Part shown: piece after piece, positions 1 through 7,825 of the stretch
How the letters are laid out: the number at the start of each line of letters is the position of its first letter
How positions within the stretch are numbered: the first letter of the stretch is position 1
Origin: Dickeya solani IPO 2222
GTDB taxonomy: Bacteria; Pseudomonadota; Gammaproteobacteria; Enterobacterales; Enterobacteriaceae
Reading direction: 5' to 3'
NCBI RefSeq assembly: GCF_001644705.1
Contig: NZ_CP015137.1
Span: 2,880,001 to 2,912,000 of the forward strand
Length of the DNA: 32,000 bases
Notes under the pieces: generated by a model
The model's database searches: none
Seen by the model: only the letters and a program-made list of their open reading frames with translations
What the model was told of the DNA's origin: nothing
Position numbers and translations under genes: made by a program

Positions 1-208
1 TATGATCAATTGCAGTTATTAATTGTTCATAAATACGTGGCATTTTATAATTAATTTATTGATATTTAACTGTTATTTTATTTTTTCGGCGTTGTCAGGC
101 TTAAGTTCCTCTCTTTGCGCCAGCACAGCAATAACTCTCCCCGATAACAAATCAACGGCTCGTTTCTTTCCCCTGGTTTTCTTGTGTTATGCCCGTTCAG
201 GGTAGGTA

Positions 209-493
209 TTACCATCCCTTGAGCGTAAGCGACAGCGCCGCCAAGCCGCCTGCCAGCGCAATGCAGGATGGCAACAGCAGATAGTGACGCATACGGCGAT
301 GAAACAGCATGCTCAACGTGAGCAGCATCGCCAGCGCACAGATGTACTTCAGATGGGTCAGATTCAGCTCCGGCAGGGCCAGCAGCGGCATCAGCGCCGC
401 CGGCAGCAATATGCCCCAGGCGCTGGACAGGCGCTTGCCAAAATACCAGCTTATTCCCCATAGCCCGCAGGCGGCGATCATAGCGGTCAGCAT
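209..493 (-). CDS. small hydrophobic inner-membrane protein of unknown function (94 aa)
   Basis: ORF track 209..493 (-). The translation has three hydrophobic stretches separated by short basic loops (FGKRLSS, HRRMRH). AAGG lies about 9 nt upstream of the ATG. I could not assign a family with certainty. Confidence 0.5.
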   Translation of the reverse strand: MLTAMIAACGLWGISWYFGKRLSSAWGILLPAALMPLLALPELNLTHLKYICALAMLLTLSMLFHRRMRHYLLLPSCIALAGGLAALSLTLKGW

Positions 494-578
494 TGTGATG
501 CCTTTTGTTGATAATGATAACCAATATCATATATCAGATTTGCCGCTATACAACCGGTGCTGCGTGATTTTTGTATGA

Positions 579-605
579 CCTGCCGTTTAACGACGGCAGG
601 TTTTT
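579..605 (+). terminator. intrinsic terminator, canonical only on the plus strand
   Basis: CCTGCCGT (579-586) pairs with ACGGCAGG (593-600) around a 6-nt loop, followed by TTTTT (601-605). On the minus strand the hairpin is followed by TCATACAAAAATC, which is not U-rich. Both flanking genes are on the minus strand. Confidence 0.6.
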
Positions 606-621
606 GGATGCCTGAGAACGA

Positions 622-1512
622 TCAGGCGCTGTGCAGATAGTCGCGCACCAGTTGCAGCATGTTCAGCAGCGTGGCGGAGCGGTCATGTTTGCGCCAGATA
701 ACGGCAATCTGCGTGGTGAGGTGCGGCGTGTTGGTGTTGTGATAGGTCACATTGCCGGTCTGGATGCTGGCCAGCGATTCGGGGACAAAGGTCACGCCAA
801 AACCGGACGCCACCATACTGATGGTAGCGGTAATATGCGGCGCCAGCGGGTTGATTTTGGGCTGGTAGCCCGACAGGTAGCAGGCGCGGATAATCAGATC
901 GTGCAGGCTGGGGCAGAGTTCGCGTGGAAAGATGATCAACGGCTCCTGCAACTGTCCCAGATTGATTTGCGTTTGATCGCTGAACGGATGGTTTTCCGGC
1001 AGCACCAGCCGCATCGGCTCATCCGCCAGTAATTCGCCTTCAAACTCCTCGCCGATATCACATGGCAGGCGCACAAACGCGATGTCGGTGGTGCGGTTGC
1101 GCAGGCTCTCCAGAATCTCATGGATGTGCTCTTCCCGCGGCCGCAGCTGGACGCTGGGATAATGCTGCCGGTAACGGCGCAACAGCGTCAGCACCGTGGG
1201 GTGAAACGTCACCGCACAGGAGAAGCCGACGTTGATCGCGCCGCTCTCCCCGCGGGCGATGCTGCGTACTCTCTCCACGGCCGATTCGGCCAGTTCCAGA
1301 ATATGGCTGGCGTCCTGATACAGCGCTTCGCCAGCTTCCGTCATTTCCACGCCACGGGTCAGCCGCTTGAACAACGGCGTCCCAATTTCCCGTTCAAGTT
1401 TTTGAATCTGCTGGCTTAACGGCGGCTGTGATATGCCGAGACTTTCCGCCGCACGGGTGAAATGCCGGGTTGAGGCCACTGCGACAAAATAGCGCAGGTA
1501 ACGTAATTCCAT
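622..1512 (-). CDS. budR: LysR-family transcriptional regulator, divergent from budAB (BudR-type acetoin operon activator)
   Basis: ORF 622..1539 (-). The typical LysR N-terminus MELRYLRYFVAVA...FTRAAE..LGISQPPLSQQI starts at the ATG at 1512, with GGAG 8-10 nt upstream. The gene is divergent from budA, as in Klebsiella bud loci. Confidence 0.85.
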   Translation of the reverse strand: MELRYLRYFVAVASTRHFTRAAESLGISQPPLSQQIQKLEREIGTPLFKRLTRGVEMTEAGEALYQDASHILELAESAVERVRSIARGESGAINVGFSCAVTFHPTVLTLLRRYRQHYPSVQLRPREEHIHEILESLRNRTTDIAFVRLPCDIGEEFEGELLADEPMRLVLPENHPFSDQTQINLGQLQEPLIIFPRELCPSLHDLIIRACYLSGYQPKINPLAPHITATISMVASGFGVTFVPESLASIQTGNVTYHNTNTPHLTTQIAVIWRKHDRSATLLNMLQLVRDYLHSA

Positions 1513-1588
1513 ATATTTTCGATCTCCAAATGGCCACATCTCTGTATTGGAACTTTGGTGTGACGAAGGTCAATATTCAAGTGAAACA

Positions 1589-1602
1589 TTAAATAAATTT
1601 AA
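1589..1602. promoter_or_regulatory. AT-rich inverted repeat TTAAAT-AA-ATTTAA in the budR-budA divergent control region (candidate LysR-type site)
   Basis: TTAAAT (1589-1594) and ATTTAA (1597-1602) form a perfect dyad inside the 117-bp budR/budA intergenic region. LysR regulators bind T-N11-A dyads. This is a positional argument only. Confidence 0.25.
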
Positions 1603-1629
1603 GTTGATCATCGTCAGAAGGGAATGGAT

Positions 1630-2412
1630 ATGAAAGATGTTAACTGCGTCGACTCCTGCGTCAGGGAACTGGCCAGCTTTGCACTTCATCATCAGAAACA
1701 GCATCCGGAGTGCGTTATTTATCAAACGTCATTAATGAGCGGGCTTATTAATGGCGTTTATGAAGGTAACATCACCATGGAAGAACTTCTGAAACATGGC
1801 GATTTTGGATTAGGGACGTTTAATGATCTCGACGGTGAACTGGTGGCGCTTAACAGCCGCATCTTCCAGCTCCGTGAAGATGGCAGTGCGCGTGCGGCGC
1901 TGCCCTATCAAAAAACGCCTTTCGCGGTAATGACCTTTTTCCGCCCGACGGAGCAGATCCATTTCGGGCAGGCCACCAGCCGCGAAGCGATTCATCAGCG
2001 CATTAATGACTTGATTGCAACAGATAATCTGTTTTGTGCCCTGCGGATAGATGGCCGCTTTAGCCACGTGGAAACCCGTACGGTACCTCGCCAGGAACGC
2101 CCTTATAAACCGATGCTGGAAGCGATTGCCCAACAACCCACGTTCCGTTTCGAACAGTGTCAGGGCAGCGTTATCGGTTTCCGTAGTCCTGCCTATGTTC
2201 AGGGGATTAATGTTGCTGGTTATCACGAGCATTTCATCACTGATGACCGCAAAGGCGGCGGGCATATCCTTGATTATCGACTGGAAGAAGGCGTATTGAC
2301 CTTTGGCTCTATCGCCAAACTGGTTATTGACCTTCCCCGCGACAAGGATTTCCTAAAAGCCAATTTATCCCCTGAAAATCTCGATAGCGTCATTCACTCC
2401 GTGGAGAGCTGA
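1630..2412 (+). CDS. budA: alpha-acetolactate decarboxylase
   Basis: ORF 1624..2412. There is strong end-to-end similarity to Klebsiella BudA as recalled (YQTSLMS..GVYEG, KHGDFGLGTFN.LDGEL, NLFCALRIDG.F.H..TRTVPRQ, GINVAGYHEHFITDDRKGGGH, ending SVES). AAGG at 1618-1621 favours the ATG at 1630 over 1624. Confidence 0.93.
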   Translation: MKDVNCVDSCVRELASFALHHQKQHPECVIYQTSLMSGLINGVYEGNITMEELLKHGDFGLGTFNDLDGELVALNSRIFQLREDGSARAALPYQKTPFAVMTFFRPTEQIHFGQATSREAIHQRINDLIATDNLFCALRIDGRFSHVETRTVPRQERPYKPMLEAIAQQPTFRFEQCQGSVIGFRSPAYVQGINVAGYHEHFITDDRKGGGHILDYRLEEGVLTFGSIAKLVIDLPRDKDFLKANLSPENLDSVIHSVES

Positions 2413-2467
2413 GGCATCGAGCAGGTACTGAAAGCAAAAGCACACTGTTATGCAGAGGATAAACATT

Positions 2468-4147
2468 ATGGAAAATAGGGATGGTCAACAGCATTGGTCT
2501 AGCGGTGCGGAGCTGATCGTAAAACATCTTGAGCAGCAAGGCGTCAACTATGTCTTCGGCATTCCTGGTGCAAAAGTAGACCGCGTGTTTGATTCGTTGG
2601 TGGATTCGTCGATTCAGACTATTCCCGTGCGCCATGAGGCCAATGGCGCCTTTATGGCGGCCGCCGTCGGCCGTCTTACCGGCAAGGCCGGCGTGACGCT
2701 GGTGACGTCGGGGCCTGGCTGTTCGAATCTGGTGACCGGGCTGGCTACCGCGACGGCGGAAGGCGACCCGATGGTGGCGCTGGGGGGCGCGGTCAAACGC
2801 GCCGACCGCCTGAAGCTGACCCATCAGAGCCTGGATACCGTCAGCCTGTTTCAGCCGGTGACCAAATACAGCGCTGAAATTACGGTGTCGGCCGCGATTT
2901 CAGAAGTGATGGCTAACGCCTTTCGCGCCGCTGAACTCGGGCGACCGGGCGCGGCGTTCATCAGCCTGCCGGAAGATATTGTCAATGAACCGGTAGACAG
3001 CCCGATTCTGGCCCGTACCACGCTGCCAACCCTCAACAGCGCGCCGCATGCGGATGTTGAACGGGTGGCCGGGCTGATAAAGAAAGCCAAGAATCCGATA
3101 CTGCTGCTGGGGCTGATGGCTAGCCAGCCGAAGAACGCCGAGGCGCTGCGCCGCCTGCTGCATCACAGCCGCCTGCCGGTGACCAGTACCTATCAGGCCG
3201 CCGGGGTGATTGATCAACAGCACTTTGACCATTTTGCCGGGCGGGTGGGGTTGTTCAACAATCAGGCCGGCGACAAGTTGCTACAGCAGGCCGACCTTAT
3301 CGTCACGGTCGGTTACAGCCCGGTGGAGTATGCGCCGGCGCTGTGGAATTCTGGTAATGCCACGCTGGTGCACATTGATGTGCTGCCCGCTGAAGTGGAA
3401 AACGCCTATCGCCCGGATGTGGAACTGGTTGGCGACATCAGCATCACCATTGATATGCTCAATGAGCAACTGAGTTCGCCGATCGTGCTGTCGTCCCAGT
3501 CGGAGGCGATTCTGGAAGAGCGTCGTCAACTGCGCCATGAACTGGCGACCCGCGCCATCAACATGGACGGCTTCGCCATCCATCCGCTACGGTTGGTGCG
3601 GGTGATGCAGGATCTGGTCAATAAAGACGTTACCCTGTGCGTGGACATGGGCAGCTTCCATATCTGGCTGGCGCGTTATCTCTACAGTTTCCGCGCCCGT
3701 CAGGTGCTGATGACCAACGGTCAGCAGACCATGGGGGTGGCGCTGCCGTGGGCGATCGCCGCCGCGCTGGTGAACCCGCAACAGAAGGTGGTGTCGGTGT
3801 CCGGGGACGGCGGTTTCATGCAGTCCAGTATGGAGCTGGAAACCGCGGTGCGGCTGAAGTCCAACATTCTGCACATTATCTGGGTGGATAACGCCTACAA
3901 CATGGTGGAAATTCAGGAAGAGAAAAAATATCACCGCGCTTCCGGCGTCAAATTCGGGCCGATTGACTTCAAAGCCTATGCGGAAGCTTTCGGCGCTAAA
4001 GGTTTTGCCGTGGAGTCCGCCGCCGAACTGGTGCCGAAACTCTGGCAGGCGATGGATGTGGACGGCCCGGCGGTAATCGCCATTCCGGTGGATTACTCCG
4101 ACAATCATTACCTGATGGAGAACGTGAATATCAGCCAACTGATCTGA
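2468..4147 (+). CDS. budB: catabolic acetolactate synthase (TPP-dependent)
   Basis: ORF 2450..4147. The translation is near-collinear with Klebsiella BudB/AlsS as recalled ([70 protein letters not shown]). GAGGA lies 9 nt upstream of the ATG at 2468 ([10 protein letters not shown]...). Confidence 0.93.
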   Translation: MENRDGQQHWSSGAELIVKHLEQQGVNYVFGIPGAKVDRVFDSLVDSSIQTIPVRHEANGAFMAAAVGRLTGKAGVTLVTSGPGCSNLVTGLATATAEGDPMVALGGAVKRADRLKLTHQSLDTVSLFQPVTKYSAEITVSAAISEVMANAFRAAELGRPGAAFISLPEDIVNEPVDSPILARTTLPTLNSAPHADVERVAGLIKKAKNPILLLGLMASQPKNAEALRRLLHHSRLPVTSTYQAAGVIDQQHFDHFAGRVGLFNNQAGDKLLQQADLIVTVGYSPVEYAPALWNSGNATLVHIDVLPAEVENAYRPDVELVGDISITIDMLNEQLSSPIVLSSQSEAILEERRQLRHELATRAINMDGFAIHPLRLVRVMQDLVNKDVTLCVDMGSFHIWLARYLYSFRARQVLMTNGQQTMGVALPWAIAAALVNPQQKVVSVSGDGGFMQSSMELETAVRLKSNILHIIWVDNAYNMVEIQEEKKYHRASGVKFGPIDFKAYAEAFGAKGFAVESAAELVPKLWQAMDVDGPAVIAIPVDYSDNHYLMENVNISQLI

Positions 4148-4184
4148 GCGTGATACGCTCGGTCCAGGTGCTATGAACCTACCT

Positions 4185-4207
4185 GCTGCAAGGCTTTGCA
4201 GCCTTTT
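4185..4207 (+). terminator. probable budB intrinsic terminator
   Basis: GCTGCAA (4185-4191) pairs with TTGCAGC (4196-4202) around the loop GGCT, followed by CTTTT. It lies 38 nt after the budB stop codon. Confidence 0.55.
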
Positions 4208-4217
4208 GAGCCGTGTT

Positions 4218-4280
4218 CGCCTGTGACGAATATTCCAGCGTAAATGCTGCATTGCGAATGCTGAATGTTCGTCACAGGCG
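4218..4280. repeat. 63-bp palindromic element (13-bp perfect arms with imperfect inner pairing)
   Basis: CGCCTGTGACGAA (4218-4230) is the exact reverse complement of TTCGTCACAGGCG (4268-4280). The interior also pairs, ATTC-CAGC with GCTGAAT and GCATT-GCG-AATGC. It sits in the budB/FucO-like convergent spacer. Confidence 0.6.
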
Positions 4281-4440
4281 CTGGTTGCTCCACGCGTCCT
4301 GAAGCCCCGATAGTAATACGGGCTTGACCGGCCTGCCGCGGTGTTTGACGCGGCAGGTTCCGGTTCACTCTTGGCAGGACGCGCGTTTTTTGTCGCTTCC
4401 CGTCACGCATCGGCAAATCGTACGATCCGCAGTTTGATTA

Positions 4441-5592
4441 TCAGTAGATCGACTGATACAACGCTTCAATCTCCTTCACGCTGGCCGGGCGCGGATTGCC
4501 GCCGGTGCAGACATCGTCGAATGCCGCCTGCGCCAGCGCCGGAAGATCCTGCTCTTTAACGCCGACCTGACGCAATTGCGCCGGGATATCCACATCCTGC
4601 GCCAGTTGTCGCACCGCCTGAATCGCCGCGTTCCGCACCTGCGTCAGCGGCATGTTGTCCGCGCCTTGCACACCCATCGCCACGGCGATGGCGCGGAATT
4701 TCTCACCGGTGTATTCCGCGTTCCAGGCCATGATATGGGGCAGCAGAATCGCGTTGGCGACGCCGTGCGGGGTGTTATAGAACGCGCCCAACGGATGCGC
4801 CATACCGTGCACCAGCCCCAGGCCGACGTTGGAAAAACCCATACCGGCGATATATTGCCCCAGCGCCATCGCTTCCACGCCCTGCGGTTTGCCAGCTACC
4901 GAGTCGCGCAGCGAACGGCTGATGACTTCGATGGCTTTGAGGTGCAGCATGTCGGTCAATTCCCAGGCGCCCAGGGTAGTGAACCCTTCGATAGCGTGGG
5001 TCAGGGCGTCGATGCCGGTGGCGGCTTTGAGTGAGGCGGGCATACTGCTCATCATGTCCGCGTCGATGAATGACACGATGGGGATATCGTGCGGGTCGAC
5101 GCAAACGAATTTGCGCCGTTTCTCTTCATCGGTGATGACGTAGTTGATGGTGACTTCCGCCGCGGTGCCGGAAGTAGTGGGTATGGCGAGAATCGGCACG
5201 CTGGGTTTGCGGGTGGGCGCGACCCCTTCCAGGCTGCGCACATCGGCGAATTCCGGGTTGTTGATGATGATGCCGATGGCTTTACAGGTGTCCTGCGGCG
5301 AACCGCCGCCGATGGCGATCAGGTAGTCGGCGCCAGACGCTTGAAAACGTTCGACGCCCTGCCGGACGACGGCGATGGTTGGGTTGGGAATCACGCCGTC
5401 ATAGATGTCATAAGGCAGGCTCGCGTTGTCCAGCAGCGCGGTCACTTTACCCGCTACGCCGTACTTCATCAGTTCCTTGTCCGTCACCACCAGCGCCTTG
5501 CGAAAGCCGCGTCGCTGCACCTCTTCGGTCAGGTGGGCGATGGCGCCGCTGCCAAAATAGGACGTTTCATTCAGTATCATTCTGTGTGCCAT
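4441..5592 (-). CDS. fucO: iron-containing (group III) alcohol dehydrogenase, FucO-like lactaldehyde reductase / 1,2-propanediol oxidoreductase
   Basis: ORF 4441..5592 (-), 383 aa. Similarity to E. coli FucO as recalled is very high along the whole length (RMILNET..FG.GA, SGADYLIAIGGGSPQDTCKAIGII.NNPEFADVRSLEG, PSVPILAIPTT.GTAAEVTINYVITDEEKRRKFVCVDPHDIP, GLGLVHGMAHPLGAFYNTPHGVANAILLPH). AAGGAG lies 6 nt upstream of the ATG. No other fuc genes are nearby. Confidence 0.88.
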   Translation of the reverse strand: MAHRMILNETSYFGSGAIAHLTEEVQRRGFRKALVVTDKELMKYGVAGKVTALLDNASLPYDIYDGVIPNPTIAVVRQGVERFQASGADYLIAIGGGSPQDTCKAIGIIINNPEFADVRSLEGVAPTRKPSVPILAIPTTSGTAAEVTINYVITDEEKRRKFVCVDPHDIPIVSFIDADMMSSMPASLKAATGIDALTHAIEGFTTLGAWELTDMLHLKAIEVISRSLRDSVAGKPQGVEAMALGQYIAGMGFSNVGLGLVHGMAHPLGAFYNTPHGVANAILLPHIMAWNAEYTGEKFRAIAVAMGVQGADNMPLTQVRNAAIQAVRQLAQDVDIPAQLRQVGVKEQDLPALAQAAFDDVCTGGNPRPASVKEIEALYQSIY

Positions 5593-5694
5593 GATTTCTC
5601 CTTAACGCATTGATTTTTAATCATTGAGGCGTATCGGTTATCCATCTGCGCCAGTCGCCGGTGTGGTTAATAGTTAATCTAGTCGTGTACCGCG

Positions 5695-5885
5695 CAGGGC
5701 GAGACGAAAGCTCGCTTCTGGTTGATAAAAGTCAAACCTTTGTCAGATGGATCACCCGCCGATGAGTCCAGTGTGAAACCAGTCGGGACTCGCCGCCTTC
5801 TTACCGCTGCCATCAGCCGCGTCGCACTGTCGCTGACGGGAAGGTGTCCACGACGGCGATCACAGAATAGCAGTGTGAAGACAAT
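5695..5885. ncRNA. candidate structured RNA with cobalamin-riboswitch-like motifs; strand unresolved
   Basis: A GC-rich, ORF-poor island sits in an AT-rich intergenic region and contains nested helices (GAGTCC 5764-5769 / GGACTC 5786-5791; GCTG 5806-5809 / CAGC 5814-5817; GCGAG 5699-5703 / CTCGC 5711-5715). The plus strand has GTGTGAAACC (5771-5780), GCACTG-N8-GGGAAGG (5824-5844) and GAAGAC (5877-5882). The minus strand has AGTGCGA, GCTG-N4-CAGCGGTAAGAAGG (complement of 5796-5820), CACACTG..TCGGCGGGTGATCC (complement of 5749-5775) and CAACCAGAAG (complement of 5715-5724). The conserved AGGGAA block is not in place on either strand. Confidence 0.3.
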
Positions 5886-5905
5886 GGAAAACGGGCGTCG
5901 GCTTA

Positions 5906-5934
5906 CCTGAAATAATCTAATTTTAGGGTTTTTT
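5906..5934 (+). terminator. weak AU-rich hairpin followed by T6 (possible plus-strand terminator at the 3' edge of the GC-rich island)
   Basis: CCTGAAAT (5906-5913) pairs with ATTTTAGG (5920-5927), including one G-U pair, around the loop AATCTA. G then TTTTTT (5929-5934) follows. The stem has only two G-C pairs. Confidence 0.3.
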
Positions 5935-5952
5935 CGCATTATTTAATCTAAT
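5917..5952. promoter_or_regulatory. pair of CTAAT motifs, candidate upstream GcvA sites of the gcvTHP control region
   Basis: CTAAT occurs at 5917-5921 and 5948-5952, 31 bp apart, about 300 bp upstream of gcvT in an AT-rich tract. E. coli GcvA sites share a CTAAT core and lie far upstream of the gcvT promoter (recalled from the literature). Confidence 0.3.
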
Positions 5953-6244
5953 TTAACTCGTGGCTGTCTCTTCTGACATCAAACCAGAAAATCATGTTTT
6001 AATAATTCGTGGTGTTGTATTTATTTTTTAATTTGGTGTTAAGTTTTAATTTTATAAAATTTTTCAGATTTATATTCTTATTAGGTAATTGGGTAACTCA
6101 ATGCCAGTCTGGCTTTTTATATAGATAAACTTATGGTTATGGGAGTGGTGGAACACGCGCTTCGGTGGTAAGTTCTGGGGCAGGATAAACGTTTGCGTCG
6201 TGGGGCCTGGCGTCACAACGCGCGGCTAACGTAGAGAGAAAAGA

Positions 6245-7345
6245 ATGGCAAACCACACTCCGTTGTATGAACAGCATCTGGCCGATGGCGCCAAAATGGT
6301 GGACTTTCATGGCTGGATGATGCCGCTGCACTACGGCTCTCAGCTGGACGAACATCACATCGTACGTAACAGCGCCGGCATGTTTGATGTGTCGCACATG
6401 ACCATCGTGGATCTGCACGGCGCCCGCGTCCGTGAATTTTTGCGTTATCTGCTGGCGAATGATGTCGCCAAACTCACCCAGCCCGGCAAAGCGCTCTACA
6501 CCGCCATGCTGACGCCCTCCGCCGGCGTGATTGACGATCTGATTGTCTATTTCCAGACCGAGGACTACTTCCGGCTGGTGGTGAACTCCGCCACCCGCGA
6601 GAAGGATCTGGCCTGGATCACCGAACACGCCAAACCGTTCATGGTGGAGATTACCGAACGTGAGGACCTGTCGCTGATCGCGGTGCAAGGGCCGCAGGCG
6701 CAGGAAAAAGTGCGCAGCCTGCTGAACGATGCCCAGCGTGAGCACGTGGCCGGCATGAAACCCTTCTTTGGCGTACAGGCGGGCGACCTGTTTATCGCCA
6801 CCACTGGCTATACTGGCGAAGCAGGCTATGAAATCGCGCTGCCGCAGGAACAGGCGGTCGGCTTCTGGCAACAACTGCTGGCGGCCGGCGTCAAACCCTG
6901 CGGACTGGGCGCACGCGACACGCTGCGTCTGGAAGCAGGCATGAACCTGTACGGTCAGGACATGGATGAATCCATCTCGCCGCTGGCGGCTAACATGGGC
7001 TGGACCATCGTCTGGCAGCCGGAAGACCGTCAGTTCATCGGCCGCGAAGCGCTGGAGCGTCAGCAGGCGGAAGGCACCGAACAGCTGGTCGGCCTGGTGA
7101 TGACCGAAAAAGGCGTGCTGCGTCACGGTCAGCCGGTCCGCTTTACCGATAATCATGGCGTCATGCAGGAAGGGGTGATCACCAGCGGGTCGTTTTCGCC
7201 CACGCTGGGCGTCAGCATCGCGCTGGCCCGTGTCCCCGCCGGTATCGGCGAACAGGCTATCGTGCAGATTCGTAATCGCGAGATGCCGGTGCATGTGACC
7301 AAACCCAATTTCGTCCGCGCCGGCAAGGCGCTGGTTCAGTTTTAA
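6245..7345 (+). CDS. gcvT: glycine cleavage system T protein (aminomethyltransferase)
   Basis: ORF 6245..7345, 366 aa. It is collinear with E. coli GcvT (TPLYEQH...[63 protein letters not shown]). Confidence 0.97.
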   Translation: MANHTPLYEQHLADGAKMVDFHGWMMPLHYGSQLDEHHIVRNSAGMFDVSHMTIVDLHGARVREFLRYLLANDVAKLTQPGKALYTAMLTPSAGVIDDLIVYFQTEDYFRLVVNSATREKDLAWITEHAKPFMVEITEREDLSLIAVQGPQAQEKVRSLLNDAQREHVAGMKPFFGVQAGDLFIATTGYTGEAGYEIALPQEQAVGFWQQLLAAGVKPCGLGARDTLRLEAGMNLYGQDMDESISPLAANMGWTIVWQPEDRQFIGREALERQQAEGTEQLVGLVMTEKGVLRHGQPVRFTDNHGVMQEGVITSGSFSPTLGVSIALARVPAGIGEQAIVQIRNREMPVHVTKPNFVRAGKALVQF

Positions 7346-7376
7346 TTTTTGGCGTTAATGGAAGGAGAAGGTGGCA

Positions 7377-7784
7377 ATGAGCAATGTTCCGGCAGAATTG
7401 AAATATACCTCGTCCCATGAATGGGTGATGGCGGAAGGCAACGGCGTTTATAGCGTGGGCATCACCGAGCACGCGCAGGAATTGCTGGGCGATATGGTGT
7501 TTGTCGATCTGCCGGAAGTCGGCAGCACGGTCAACGCTGGTGACGACTGCGCCGTGGCGGAATCCGTCAAGGCCGCGTCCGACATCTACGCGCCGATCAG
7601 CGGCGAAGTGGTGGAAGTCAACGACGAACTGGAAGGCGCACCGGAACTGGTGAACAGCGCGCCGTATGCCGAAGGCTGGCTGTTCCGCATCAAGGCGTCT
7701 GATGAAGACGAACTGAACGAATTGCTTGATGCCGCTGGCTATCAGGCGCTGCTGGAAGCAGAAGACGGCGACGACGAAGAATAA
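7377..7784 (+). CDS. gcvH: glycine cleavage system H protein (lipoyl carrier)
   Basis: ORF 7371..7784. The E. coli GcvH N-terminus [10 protein letters not shown] corresponds to the ATG at 7377, with GGAGAAGG upstream. The lipoyl-lysine motif [15 protein letters not shown] is present. The C-terminus is a short acidic extension (EAEDGDDEE). Confidence 0.96.
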   Translation: MSNVPAELKYTSSHEWVMAEGNGVYSVGITEHAQELLGDMVFVDLPEVGSTVNAGDDCAVAESVKAASDIYAPISGEVVEVNDELEGAPELVNSAPYAEGWLFRIKASDEDELNELLDAAGYQALLEAEDGDDEE

Positions 7785-7789
7785 GCCTG

Positions 7790-7825
7790 ACGCCCCGTTC
7801 GCTCCCCGCGACGGGGCGTTTTTAT
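7790..7825 (+). terminator. strong intrinsic terminator between gcvH and gcvP
   Basis: ACGCCCCGT (7790-7798) pairs with ACGGGGCGT (7811-7819) around a 12-nt loop, followed by TTTTTATT. It begins 6 nt after the gcvH stop codon. Confidence 0.7.

Noticed and set aside
498-578. 26-aa plus-strand ORF (MPFVDNDNQYHISDLPLYNRCCVIFV) ending right at the orphan terminator
   Set aside because: It has no convincing Shine-Dalgarno sequence, is not hydrophobic like type I toxins, and is too short to evaluate. It is mentioned only as context for the orphan-terminator finding.
4171-4416. 81-aa ORF (minus) in the budB/FucO-like spacer
   Set aside because: It runs through four or five stem-loops and gives an Arg/Gln/Gly-rich translation with no start context. 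It is most likely non-coding.
5648-5659. GACTGGCG (minus strand), resembling the ZTP/pfl riboswitch core
   Set aside because: This is an isolated 8-mer. The downstream CCGCCTGGGC pseudoknot partner and the other conserved positions are absent.
6137-6244. Glycine riboswitch in the gcvT leader
   Set aside because: I looked for the tandem GGAGAG...CACCGAAGGGGCAA aptamer signature on the plus strand and did not find it. The only CACCGAAG-like string (complement of about 6158-6166) is on the wrong strand and lacks the other conserved blocks. Enterobacterial gcvT is protein-regulated.
6137-7294. 385-aa ORF antisense to gcvT
   Set aside because: It lies entirely within and opposite the strongly supported gcvT gene. 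Its composition is Arg/His/Gln/Gly-rich with no recognisable domain, which is typical of a shadow ORF in GC3-rich genes.
7740-7784. Acidic C-terminal tail of GcvH (EAEDGDDEE), slightly longer than in E. coli
   Set aside because: This is minor length variation in an already acidic C-terminus and is not evidence of anything unusual.
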